DNA of 64,000 bases from Felis catus (lineage: Eukaryota): NCBI RefSeq assembly GCF_018350175.1, contig NC_058368.1:35652001-35716000 (forward strand). The letters run 5' to 3'. Shown here piece after piece: positions 33,751 through 45,759 of this stretch; the first letter of the stretch is position 1, and each line of letters begins with the position of its first letter. Both the position numbers and the translations under genes were made by a program. The notes beneath the pieces are model-generated. The model saw only the letters and a program-made list of their open reading frames with translations. It did not search any database and had not been told where the DNA came from.

Positions 33751-33905
33751 TGTAAGAAAGAAAATTAGCTCCTACTACCAAAAGGTTCCCTGAGGCACCA
33801 AAGACTGCCTTAGGCAGGTTTCTTAATCAGAAGCCAACTTTAAATAGATGATTACAGGTCCTGAGAAATTCTTTTTTTTTTTTTTTTTTTTTTACTCATT
33901 TAAAG

Positions 33906-34062
33906 CAGTGTTTCTCCATCTTGGCTTATCATAAGGATCACCCCAGGGGACTCTCTAGAGATCACAGATTTTGTGAATCAGTCTCCAGGGGCAGGGGCTG
34001 GAAATCCAAATATTTAGCGGGCATTCCAGATAAGTCAATGGTCTTCCTAGTTGGAAAACACT
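33906..34062. mobile_element. hAT-Charlie MITE (MER5/MER3-like)
   Basis: CAGTGTTTCTCCA...TTGGAAAACACT terminal inverted repeats with internal GAATCAG..GGGGCAGGGGCTGGAAATC. Confidence 0.55.
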
Positions 34063-34129
34063 TACTTAGAGAAATAAGCACCTGGTATTGAACACTTCAT
34101 TCACAACTCTTGTGTTACTGAGTATAAAT

Positions 34130-34350
34130 AATGATAGTAATAAGAAATGCTAATCATCACCTAGGGCTTACTCAGGTCTGGCAGGCTCTTTTCTAAGTAG
34201 TTTACATGTATTATTTCCTTTAATCCTCCCAACAAATCTATAAGTCATCGCTGTCTTTATGGGGAAACTGAGGCACCAGCTTGCCCACAGTCATACCAGT
34301 GAGTCAGGGACGAGAGTTTAGCCAGGCTGTTTGATTCTACACCACTCTTT
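34130..34350 (-). mobile_element. MIR fragment
   Basis: TTTACATGTATTATTTCCTTTAATCCTCCCAACAAATCTA..GGGGAAACTGAGGCAC..CTTGCCCACAGTCATAC. Confidence 0.65.
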
Positions 34351-35380
34351 TTTATCATTGCATTTATTCTGTTTCCATTTGTTCTATCTGTCCTGTCTAC
34401 CAACCACCACTTCTGAAAAGAGGTTTGGGTAAACATGTGACACAATACATGTTTCCCAAGTACCCAAGAATCAAATTCTTAACTCAGCCTGCAAAGAGTC
34501 CTTCTTCCTGTCAGAACCCACTGAAGCTTTGTGTTGTACTCTGGGAAGCTTCAGTAGTTTCTGCTTCTTTGATTACTTTCAGGAGGAAGATTGGAAAAGA
34601 GTAGAAAAGAAGCTGGAGAGCTCAGCCAACTGATTTACAACGTGCACCAAATTATTTCCACACATTTACTATAGAAGTCTCTGTGCTAGGTGCCAGTGTA
34701 TAAACCAGATAAGGAGTTTGCAGTCTAAGGAAGGAGGAAAATAATAAATAAGAATGCCAACTATTGCAAACTGAACTATTGATCATATCACAATCCTTGG
34801 GGTCTTTTATAGATTATGGTTGCCACCAAAGAAGTTTGAAGTGGATAGGGTGGGCTGTTTCCTTACAGCAGGTTATGCTAAAAGCAAGTCTCAGGCCAGA
34901 AGATAGATATTTGTCAACTAAAGTTTTATTAGCAAAGCAAGTATCAAAAAAACAATTCATATGACTTCTGTAGACTGGAGAAAGCCTCTACTCTCTTTCC
35001 TTTCAGTTGCTTTAACCATTAACTTTGCATGAAAGTTTCATTCTAGTTTAATGGCAAGTTTCCAGAGGCAGGATACTGTCACTCCAACAGCCTGACAGAA
35101 TCTAGAGTTCATGGCTACAAACCAGACCTCTTTACATGTAAACCCTAGGGGTATAGTCATAAGCCTCGATGGATTCTTATATTCTATTCATGCTTTTTAT
35201 TAAACATTTAATGTATATTAAATACCTTAATATCACAACTAACACCTCATTTCTGATATTCCCCACATTAAGCAATAGACTCTATTTTACATAAATAGAA
35301 GCCTGTTTCTGACATCAAATATGCCAATTAAAACATTCTGTTGTTGATGGAGATGTGGATAATATGAGGGCCAGTGATAG

Positions 35381-35813
35381 TGATATGCCCTGATTCGAGA
35401 GACCCCCCCCCCCCTTCCCCGAAAACAAACGACCAGAGTCCAGAGTCAAAGCCAAGCGGCAAGGGTCGTTTATTGCAGGTTCGAACCCGGTCCTCAGCGC
35501 ACTCGTTGCCGGTGACACTAAGAGACACCAAGCAAGGATCTTACAGCTTCTTTTATAGACAGGCACAAACAAGTTAGGGATTTTTTTGAGGTTACAGAGC
35601 TGTTATTGGTTGACATTTAAATTTGAACGCTCAGCAGAACTTGTTTGGTTCCCGCCTTTATTTCAAACCACTCAGCAGAATTTGATTGGTTCCCGCCTTT
35701 AGGTCAGACTACAACCAGCGCGCCATGGCTGGTTTCAGGAACGGTGGGGGGAGGGGAAAGATCTTTTCTTTGCAATTGTGAGTACACCTGGTAATTTTTT
35801 TCTTAGCCTCTCA
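35381..35813 (-). mobile_element. Solo LTR of a gammaretrovirus-like (ERV1) endogenous retrovirus, 433 bp, CpG-rich
   Basis: TG...CA termini with 4-bp TSD ATAG (35377-35380, 35814-35817). On minus: U3 direct repeat (35630-35660 / 35671-35701), CCAAT boxes (35605, 35685), TATAAAA (35551-35557) and AATAAA (35469-35474) in U3-R-U5 order. Confidence 0.9.
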
Positions 35814-36329
35814 ATAGCTACCTCTGGAGTTAGTCCTTTCTGATAGAATGTTATCTCATCCCTCAGTTGTACTTAATTAGCACACTAGCTGACTACTTCT
35901 TGACCTTGCTTTCTACATCAATTCCTAGGTATTGGTTTAATCTAAGTTTTGCATTTTATAATATCATATTGTAATGTTAAAGAACTTTAAGATAATTGCA
36001 AACATTGTAACAACAAATAAGAAAACAGAAACCATGGTAAATGCTGTAAAAGAAGCCCATTACTGGGTGTTTTGGCAGAATATTAGAGAGCAAACCAGTT
36101 TCCTCTCACCAGAGTCCTTTCCCTCCTTCCCTCCCCCTCCTCCCCATCTCTAAGGGACTAGGGAAGGGGGATTTGAGAGTCAGAGAACATCTCTCCTACT
36201 TTTCCTCTTCTAGTCTTACTGCCTCAGTTGTTCAAAAGTACAAGTAGTAGTTGCAGAGCAGAGAATGTTCAGGCAGGTGGGGAAAATAGAAAATCATGAA
36301 AGAGAGGACAGAAAACCTTAATGCCAGGG

Positions 36330-36848
36330 TTTGAGAAATAAGCCCACTGCCCCAGTCAAAAGAGGGATGCAGAGACTTGGAACACAGTGAAGCAAGGCTT
36401 TAATCAACGTTCTTGCAAGAGCAGGTGTCTGATAGGCACACTCGGGGCAGTTACAGAAGGCAATTTATCTCCTAGTGTGCAAGTCCCTCCACTGGTTCCT
36501 CATTGGCTGAGTGCTGTAGAAGTTACAGCCTTACCCAGAAGTTGCCTATGCCCAAGTAAGGCCAAGAAGTGGTCTGATTGAAACAAATGTACATTCTTTG
36601 AGGTGACGCAAAGACTTCAGTTCTTTGGCACATGCTCATTGCATAGCCCATGAAAAATAAGCCCACAAAATGGAGAGGGGAAGAAGAACCGGGAAGTGAA
36701 GGGTCTAAGGGTTAGGGACTCCATTGTGGTGTGTGTGGGGGGGAGGGGGTGTTTCTTACATAGTTCTAATAGGTTGTAAACCTATTGGTAACTAGACAGC
36801 ACAGCTTTTATTTGGTCTTTCTGGAAATGAATCATCTCACTTCTCACA
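36330..36848 (-). mobile_element. Solo LTR (carnivore ERV), about 519 bp
   Basis: Inverted termini T(T)TGAGAA / TTCTCACA with 5-bp TSD CAGGG (36325-36329, 36849-36853). ATTAAA near 36400 and a CCAAT box near 36502 on minus. Confidence 0.8.
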
Positions 36849-37239
36849 CAGGGATCAGCAGGGAAGCTTCCTGAAATCACCCTAACCTATACCTTCCCCA
36901 GTCACCAGCAGAGCTCCTCTAGTGGTCTCAGTGGTCCTCAGACACATGGATTCCTCAGAGTGCATGGAGTGTCACATTCTAAGAGCCCTGTTTCCTCTCA
37001 CTAACCAGCTCTCACCTGCCTTGTCACCACTGCTTCCTCCACCAGTTGTCCTTCCCAGCCCCTCCTCTCTATTCAGCGTGACCTAAGGCTTCTCTAGAGG
37101 AGCAATATCTGGCTCTTCTTACCTTCCAACACAGATTTCCTCTGCTTCCTATTGCCTAAATGATGACAACTAATGGATTCTGTTCATTTTTATACTTCCA
37201 CTGGTGTGTCTTCATTGTTGTTGTTGCAATAAAAAAGTT

Positions 37240-38110
37240 ATGTTTTGCATGTTGATTATGCAAAGAAATCAAGCAATATGTAAAGGAATAAGGAATAAAG
37301 CAATAATCATCTTAAATCTTACAACCCAAAGAGAACTACTGTTAGCAAACTAACTTTTAATTATCTTGCTACATATAAATACACAGAAGTGCATAATTTT
37401 ACATAAGCAAGACCTTATTACACATGTTAGTTTTAGCACAGCTGTGTTTCTTTTTGTTAACATATTTTGGCTTGCTTCCACACTTATACATTCTAATATA
37501 ATCATACACAAACAGGTACACATATATGGGAGAGTTGTCATGTTTGTTTTCTAATAAAAACGTGGTGTACATTCTTCCCTTCATCTTGCTTTTTATCACT
37601 TAACAATGCATTATGGAAATTCCTCCAAGCCAAAGGTTTAAATTTCATTCTCTTTAATGATAACATAATATTCCAGGGTATCAATTACCAGAATTTAATC
37701 CTCCCCGTAATGATGGACATTTACATCGTTTATAGGTTTGTTTGTTTGTTTGTTTTTTGGAGGAGGGCACTACAAACAATGTATGAATACGTATCCTATT
37801 ACATATGTCCTTTATATATTGGTGCTTTTATTGTTTTGACTACAAAGGAAAAATCTGTAGGCAATTAGGGATTGCTTTAAAATTTTTCAGTATTACAAAT
37901 AAAATTGCAATGAACATTCCAGATTATATCTTTGATTGTTTCATTAGGTTAAATTCCTAAAGTTAGATTGGTAAATTATGAATTAGAACATTTTTAAGAT
38001 TCTTAATGCACATTGCCAACTTGTTCTCCAGAAAGATTATGGTTGCAACCTTTTCAATCTTTCTAGAGGAATGTGAGAGACCTTTTTTGAGAACACCCTC
38101 ACTGCTACAG
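37240..38110 (-). mobile_element. Ancient L1ME-type 3' fragments
   Basis: GATGGACATTTA..CTACAAACAATG and ATTACAAATAAAATTGCAATGAACATTC..CATTGCCAACTTGTTCTCCAGAAAG are antisense L1ME motifs. Confidence 0.6.
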
Positions 38111-38242
38111 ATGTTCTGGTACTTATTTCTTTATTAACTCTACTTCATAAGATCATCTTTAACCACATCCATCACTCTGTGTGTCCACCTCTCTTGCTGG
38201 ATCCTGAAAATCTTGACACTGAGTGGGTCATGGGTAGTGTCC

Positions 38243-38279
38243 TTTTTTTTTTTTTTTTTTTTTTTTTTTCTTTTTTTTT

Positions 38280-38317
<38 letters not shown>

Positions 38318-38332
38318 CCTTTTTTTTTTTTT
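38243..38332. repeat. About 90-bp poly(T) tract with a few C interruptions
   Basis: Directly visible. Confidence 0.95.
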
Positions 38333-38642
38333 AAGGTGGCACTCTTTGTGGAGTATCTTTAATAACTTATGGAGCAAAAAGAATTTTCTTTTACTTTGGG
38401 GCAATTTTCACTACTGCTGATTACAAGTTACATACCCCAATACATCCACTAACTTTATCTTCCAAGGTAGACAGGGTTTATCCCTTGGGGTTTATAATGG
38501 ATATAAAGTATATTGATGGGGGTGACTTCTTGACAAAAGCCAGACAATATTAAACTGGAAGAGGCTTAAAGTCCTCATTTTTTCAAGACACTTGCTTCTC
38601 AAAACTGCTGTATCTGGAAACCAAGTGTCCACAAGAATTTAT

Positions 38643-39079
38643 TGATGATTCTCAAACCTAATATCCATCAGGATCACCTGAAAGGTTTGTTAAAAGACCT
38701 GTGGCTGAGGTGCACCTGGGTGGCTCAGTTGGTTAAGCATCTGACTCTTGATGTCGGCTCAAGTCATGATCTCACAATTCCTGAGTTCCAACCATCCAGC
38801 ACCCCCCATCAGTCTCTGGGCTGACAGCACAGAGCCTGCTTGGGATTCTGTCTTCCTCTCCCTCTGCCCCTCCCCAACTTGCTCACACACTCTCTCTCTC
38901 CCTCTCTCAAAATAAATAAAAATAAGCTTAAAAAAAAAAAAAAAGAACTATGGCTGAGCTCTAACCCTAAAGTTTCTGATTCAGTGTGTCAGAGGCAAGG
39001 TTGGATAATTTGCATTTCTAACAAGGTTTTAGGTGGTACTAATGATGTTGGTCCTTTAGCAACACTTAAGAGCCACTGT
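38643..39079. mobile_element. MER5A (hAT-Charlie MITE) split by a SINE
   Basis: GATTCTCAAAC..CATCAGGATCACCTGAAAGGTTTGTTAAAA and AGTTTCTGATTCAGT..ATTTGCATTTCTAACAAG..AAGAGCCACTG. Confidence 0.8.
38710..38940 (+). mobile_element. Can-SINE
   Basis: Typical body. TSD AAAAGA(C/A)CT(G/A)TGGCTGAG at 38692-38709 and 38941-38958. Confidence 0.95.
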
Positions 39080-40064
39080 TCTCTGTCCTATCCTCCCCCA
39101 CCTGCTCTGGTAATGGAGCCTCACTTCGAAGCTCTATTCTCTATAAAGTATCCCTCTTTTTATTCTGTCTTTCGTGACAGTAAGGAACAGCTGGCCAGCA
39201 CCTTCCTCATTATAACCTTTCATACCCTTGAAGAAGAAGATTTGGTTTTCCTCATCCTCCTTTTCACCTGAGTCCTGATTCCCTCAGCCTTTCCTTATAA
39301 TCAAATTTTCCTACCAATTCATCATTTTTATTATTCTTCCCTGAAGCCCATTTTGAATTTCCACCCCACCCACTCCTGTCCCCACTTCAGTTAATAAGGA
39401 GATAGGAGGGGAAGGGAAGGCGCTAAACAAAAACCTTGAATGCATAGCTTTTTGCTATTCCTGCCAGAGGCTGTGGCCACAATATTTAAGAAGTGTCATA
39501 GAAATTGGTGATTTTTTTCCCCTCAGTTTTTTATTTCAAAGATTATAGCATTCCATAAATGGGTACAAACTATTGGTCACTTTCTTCATACTTATTCACA
39601 CATAATCAACGGCATCTTTTGGTAATAAACACCCATTTACTTAGTCTACAAGTATTTTTTGAACATTTAGAACAGGCCAGACATTGTGAATACCATATCT
39701 AGTGGATGTGGCATTAACTTTCGGTCAGGACAACTTGTCTGGGCAGGTCCTAACAGACTGAGAATATGAGAAATGTTTTCAACAACCCCACCTACGGTAT
39801 GGCTGAAAGATAAGTTTTATCAACGCAAAATTATTTTAGCCTCTTCCAAATCCACTGTTCATATGGAAAGGGACCTAGATTATGGTCAACTTTACATTAT
39901 TTACAGGAGATAATAATATTTTTTATAGTTCAAGTTAGTATACAATTAACAATCATTTCTGTTTGTCTTTGGGGAATGTTCTGAAATATGCATATTTCAT
40001 TCAATGCTGCCATGAATAGCACTGATTACACAAAAAACTACGTCTGAAACTATCTTAGCCCTCA

Positions 40065-40230
40065 AATGGTAGGAGAGAGGGAGGTCCTTGTGATCTCTTT
40101 TCTAAGAGCTCTAATTCCATTCATGAGGGCTCCCTGAGTAATTCCATTATCATGACTTACGCAACTTTCAAAGACCCCACATCCTAACACGATACACTAT
40201 GCATTAGAATTTCAACATATGCATTTGGCT
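40065..40230 (-). mobile_element. MaLR LTR fragment (MLT1A-like)
   Basis: CTAATTCCATTCATGAGGGCTCC..CAAAGACCCCACATCCTAACAC..ATTAGAATTTCAACATATGCATTTGG. Confidence 0.7.
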
Positions 40231-41392
40231 ATGGGAAGGAAGGAAGGGGCAGATGACAAAAATGGTATGCCTATAGGAGAAACTTTTTTTTTTTTGTGGT
40301 TACTAGATGATTTTCCCCATGCCCTGAACACTATTCTGTACTCTGAGGCTGCAAAACTTTGCGTGGTGAATTATAATATACGCTCTTGGTGCTATGCATT
40401 CTTGGCACTGCACTTGTGGTTTGGGGACACCAGATGGTTCAGTGGGCCAGGTAGCACTCTTCTCAGGTTACCCTGTGTGGTTGTGCTCTGCAAATGAATT
40501 GTTTAATCTTCTTCCTACCAGTTATTCTGGCTTTTCATGAATGAGTTTTGATTCCTAATGTCCAACAAAATGTATGTAAATAATAGTGCTGAACCTATCT
40601 CAACGTAGCAACAATAATAAAACTATCCAGGGAAATGGGAAAAAGCAAGTTTTATACCTCAAGTCTCTTTCAAGGACATGACCATGGAAAAGAGAAGAAA
40701 AATCTGCAGGCAATTAGGGATTTGGTGGAAGTGCTTTGACCTAACAATAATCAGACTTTACTATAGCTGATGCCAGTCTGTCGCTTCCAAGAATTTGAAG
40801 AAAATGAGGATTGATTTCCAACGTGCAATACCAGGGCCACATTTCCTTAAGGGGCTGTGCTAATCCTATACTTTCTGATATCAGTTCTATTCCACCCAGG
40901 AACACATGGCCACAACCCCTAGAGAAGAGAGTCAGGAAGTGAACTCAGAGGCAAGCGTTTTAACTTTCTACCCTCCAAACTAATTTTGATACTTTATGTG
41001 AATATTTTAAATAAAGTGTTAATCGATCAAATCCAACAGTACATGAAAATAATAATCCACCTTCACCAAGCATATTTTTTTACAGGAAATTTGTTAGCAT
41101 ACATTTAAAAAGTCAAAGTAAGTAGGAAATGTTGTAAGATAATAGTACATTCTGTAAAGACAGTTCATAAAAATTTACTCCCATTCTTAATTCTAAGGTC
41201 TGTAAAAATTTAGAAGACTATTTTCCTTCCTATAATGATGGGTACCTGTCTCAAACCAAAAAAAAAAAAAAAAAAAAAGATATTGGTAAAATACGGTAAG
41301 CATTTGTATTAAAATCTGCATGAAGCAAGAAGGCCTACTACAGAATTATTACACAGAATCCATTTCTTCCTTCAAAAATATAGATTAAACCC

Positions 41393-41610
41393 CGGGTGCC
41401 TGGGTGGCTTAGTCCGTTAAGCCAACTCTTGTTTTTGGCTCAGAGCATGATCTCACGATTTCATGAGTTCCAGCCTTGTGAGTCTCCACACTGACAGCAT
41501 GGAACCTGCTTGGGATTCTCTGTCTCCTTCTCTCTCTGTCCCTCCCCTACTCGCTCTGTCTCTGTCTCTGTCTTTTTCTAAATAAATACAAATATAAAAA
41601 TATAAATATA
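41393..41610 (+). mobile_element. Can-SINE
   Basis: GGGTGCCTGGGTGGCTTAGTCCGTTAAG head, CT tract, A-rich tail. Confidence 0.92.
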
Positions 41611-41735
41611 GCTCATACATTTTTCCAGGCACTGGGGGTATAAAAATGAACAAAAGAGTCCATTGTCTTGAAAGTTCTCACCCAACAGGAAGATATAAAG
41701 ACATAGCTACTGGAAAAGAGAAAGAAAATTGTTAC

Positions 41736-42281
41736 TGTGAAAGAATTTCAATCTCAAGTGGATTCAGAGAATATAAAATAAAAAAAATCTCATGCATTTG
41801 TTGTCCTCAGGAAAACAAAACTTAAGGACTGAAAGATTTCCTTTACATACCTGATTTACAGAAAAGTGATAAGATTGAAATTTTCTTAAATGATAGAGAG
41901 TTGGTCAGGTGTTGCCTTATATTAACCTTGGGAACTTTTACTTATGGTTTCCAGAGGAATGAACAAGAAACCACCCGGGTCCTGCTAGTTTCACCAAATA
42001 AGCTGAATTGAGCTTTGTGTGACTGGATTGGTTTTTTCTGCTCAGGGAATTTTTAAAGCTGGTCTCCACTTGTTTTTGATTTTAACTGGTTCTAACTCAA
42101 CTCTCTCCTTTTTACACTCCATGCCCATAAATACAGCCCACCCCAAGCCCTCCACAGAGTTGCCCGTAGCTTGCTGCAGTTTGCATGCCCCAAACTGCAA
42201 ATTCCTCTCCTATTCCCAAATAAACTCATCTTTTTGACAATTTTGAGTTTGGCTCAGTTTACCTCTTTATTTAGGTTGACA
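41736..42281 (+). mobile_element. ERV1 solo LTR (MER34-like), 546 bp
   Basis: TGTGAAAGAA...TTTAGGTTGACA termini with 4-bp TSD TTAC (41732-41735, 42282-42285). CATAAATA TATA-like box near 42126 and AATAAA near 42219. Confidence 0.85.
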
Positions 42282-42438
42282 TTACTGACAGACCATGTAC
42301 ATTTATGTAGATAGTAATTTCTATAGAAAATATCAGATAGTAAACTGAAAATAAACTAGAATTAATAAGTGAGATGAAAAACTTAAATGTCTCCAAATTA
42401 ATATTGGGAAGAAATGTTATTAAGAAGTAATGAAAAGA

Positions 42439-42556
42439 GGGGTGCCTGCATGGCTCAGTGGGTTAAGCATCTGACTTTGGCTCAGGTCATGATCTCGTGG
42501 CTCCTTCATTTGAGCCCTGTTTCCAACTCCCTGCTGTCAGTGAAGAGCCCACTTAG

Positions 42557-42613
<57 letters not shown>

Positions 42614-42710
42614 CCTTCTCGGCTCTCATGGGTCCAGTTGTGCACTCTCTCGCTCTCTCTCAAAAATAAAAAAAAAATAATAAAAATAAAAAATTTAAAA
42701 AAATAAAGTA
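42439..42710 (+). mobile_element. Can-SINE with expanded (CT)n
   Basis: GGGGTGCCTGCATGGCTCAGTGGGTTAAG head, long (CT)n at about 42562-42610, A-rich tail. Confidence 0.93.
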
Positions 42711-42768
42711 AGAAAAAGATAAAGTAGCTTAGGCGTCTTACCAAGGAACACGCAACACCAGATGAATG

Positions 42769-43300
42769 TGAAGGGTACCAGAATAAGCCGCCCCAAATTA
42801 TGCCTCTTTGGCATATGGATTTTTCTGAGCTAAAGGCCAATGAGACTGGTAAAGGCAGGGAAAGCTATTTACCTCTCCCTAACTGCCTAAAAATAGAGCA
42901 TAAAGGTCCCCCTTGATAAAGAAAATTTCCCTTCATAGGCATCTCCAGACCTGGAAGAGAGCTAGCCCTGAGATAATTCTTACCAACTCAGGGATTCTTA
43001 TTTGCATCAGACAACACTTATGGACCACCCATTTCCTCCCTTCTCCATCCTGTAACTTGCCTCCTCAGCACAGAAGTCCCAAATCCCTTGGCCTTCATAT
43101 AGAGTGAGATATTACAAAATTTCTACTCTGACCACTTCTTTGAGTCTCATTTCTTCATAAAATCCCAATCATCAGTTATTATAAGTAACTAAAATTGTAT
43201 TTTCTCTTGTCAATCTGTCTTTATTAGTGTGATTCTCAGTCCCCAGCCACTAGACCTACGGGGGTAGAGGAGAGGTGCCCCCCACCCCCACCCCCTGTCT
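42769..43300 (+). mobile_element. ERV1 solo LTR (MER34C/MER39-like)
   Basis: Starts TGAAGGGTACCAGAATAAGCCGCCCCAAATTATGCCTCTTTGGCATATGGATTTTTCTGAGCT and ends after GGGGTAGAGGAGA, as in MER39/MER34C-type LTRs (recalled). Confidence 0.75.
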
Positions 43301-43756
43301 AAAAGTGAAATCATAAAGTTTAGAGAGACCCCCCCCCCAAAAATATGACTAAATGCAGAGGCATACTAATTAAACAGAATACAATCTCAATTTCTTCCAA
43401 AATGACATATAGTTTGAATTCAAGTTCAATTAAAATTGCAGTGAATTTTTTTTTTACCTTGACAGAAGTGATTCTAAATTTAATCTGAAAAAAATAAAAG
43501 GCAAGGCTAGCCAAAAAAAAATCTTGAAAAACATGAATGTTAAAGGAAGTATTTCTTTAGCAGATATTTAAAGTCTTCAGGGCTACAGTAGTAATTTTTA
43601 AAGTGTCTGATTCTGAAAGAAGATACAGGCAAAATAACACAACACAAATTTATAGGAAAAGGAATAGATTAGCCAATAAATGATTTGGGGAAAATTGACA
43701 ATTAAAAATAATCCATTTCAAAACTACAGGTTAATTTTAAAAGTTGAATATAAAAA

Positions 43757-44310
43757 TAAGTTCCTCAAAAAGTTAAAATAGAATTGCCCTAAAGACCCAG
43801 AAACTACACTCTGAGGTATACACTCAAAATAATTAAAAGCAGGTATTCAAGCAAATACTGTACACAAATGTTCATAACAACACTATTCACAATAGTCAAA
43901 AGTGAAAATGACCCAAATGTCTATCAGTGGGTGCATGGATAAACAAAATATGATGTATCATGTAATAATCATATAAAGGATAGAAGTGGTTATACATGTT
44001 CCAAGCTGGATGAATCTCAGAAACATTATATGAAGTGAAAGGAGCCAGACAGAAAAAGGTCACATATTGTGTGGTTCCATTTATGCAAAATATCCAGAAT
44101 AAGTAAATCCATAGAGACCAAAGGTAGATTCGTGGTTGCCAGGGGCTGGGGGAGTAGGAAGTAAAGAATGGTTGCTTAATGGTATTGGGGTCTCCTTTGA
44201 GGGTGATGAAATGTTTGGAACTAGATATGATGGTTATACAACATTGTGGATATACTAAAGTCACTTTAAAATTGGTAATTTGGTTATGTGAATTGCACCT
44301 CAATAAAAAT
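43757..44310 (+). mobile_element. L1MB-type 3' end, within older L1ME fragments (about 40990-44460)
   Basis: GTTCCTCAAAAAGTTAAAATAGAATT..AATGTTCATAACAACACTATTCACAATAG..GGTTGCCAGGGGCTGGGGG..TATGTGAATTGCACCTCAATAAAA. Confidence 0.85.
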
Positions 44311-45759
44311 GTAAATGAACAAAATTACAGAAAAAATATGGGTGTACAGCCTCCAAAATCTGAATTTGGAAAAGTTTTCTAAATATAAAATCGTGAAAGA
44401 AACCCAAAGAAAAGATAAATACACAGGAGATATGCAAATATTTAACATTAAGTGAGTCAAACTTAATAAAAAAACTGCACTATATAGATCCATTACTCAA
44501 GGAATGCAAGAATCACTAGGTCCCCAAACCTGCCCTTTCCCATTCATCTCTTCTCTGCTTCTTCAACCTCTGCTGGAAAAATTCAACACCTTTTGTTAGT
44601 CTGTTCTACAGTACCAGCTGAAAGAATATCAGACAGATATATAAAATTGCTGTTTCACACCTTGCCAGCATCATAAAATAAGGCTTAGTATAGGGTTAAT
44701 GAAGGACCCTATTTATGCCCACAGAGTGTTGAATTTAGAAAGGAGCAGATCGTAACAAGATTTGCCATGAGTCTCAGTCTGGTTAATCTATAAACAGATT
44801 TCATTAGATATTTATTTAGATGCTCTGTACAGATTGCTTTAATTTTGAAATTAAGTCCCAGGTTGGCAGTGGAATTTTAAATACTTGAATTCTAGAAAGG
44901 CAGCAGCTTTTAACCTTTGCACTTCTCTTTTAAAAGCTAATTAGGAAATTAAATCCAAAAGGACTGAATCCATAAAATGTTGGCGTTGTAACGCTGATGG
45001 AAAAATGTAAGTCACCTGCTATTTTGGTGTCATCCCCTGATTAGTCATTGAAATGAGATATTCAAAGAAATTTTTAAAGATTTTAAAAAATAATTTAGGA
45101 GAGCCACAACCTTTGTTAATATTAGAAATTTTATTGCTTGGAAAATTAAATCTGAACAGAGAAGTATTGTAGATTTTCCTATCACTCGTGGCTAAACGTT
45201 TTCTTCATGTATTACGCACTCGATCAGTCGGTAAACTTTGGGGATGATTTGTAGTGGCGTTGTCAGCTGGAGCTCCAGAGCCTGCCCATTATCTCGGTAG
45301 GTGCCCTGCCCCCCTGTGGGTACTCACCGCAGACGCCTGGAGTCCACTGGGGATGGGGGAAGCACTCAAGCTTCTTCTACCTCCAAAGGCATTTCCAGCC
45401 TGTGAGCACTTGAAATGCTCAGCGACACTCAAAATTCCCCTTTCCTTCAGCTGAAGGTTCCATTTACAGCTGTGACCCTCGACCTCTTCAAGTGAGTTGA
45501 AAATACCTTCTGACAGACGTAACGTTTTTCTCTTTTGTCTTGAATCTGCCCACAGTCCTATGAAATCCTACCATTATACGTGGATAGAGATCCACGTGTG
45601 TGCGCCTCAGCTATGTGCTTCCTAGGACTCATCCGTCAGCATCTCCATCTAAACTTCCTTCTCTCAAATACCAATTGAGTGAAGTATATTTCTGGTTAAC
45701 TTAATCCGCATGCACACTTCCCACCCCCCCCCCCCAATGTTTTTAAGGACCCACCTTCT

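Noticed and set aside
35381..36848. Two nearby minus-strand LTRs as the ends of a collapsed provirus
   Set aside because: They differ in sequence, each has its own TSD (ATAG versus CAGGG), and I see no PBS, PPT or gag/pol/env between them.
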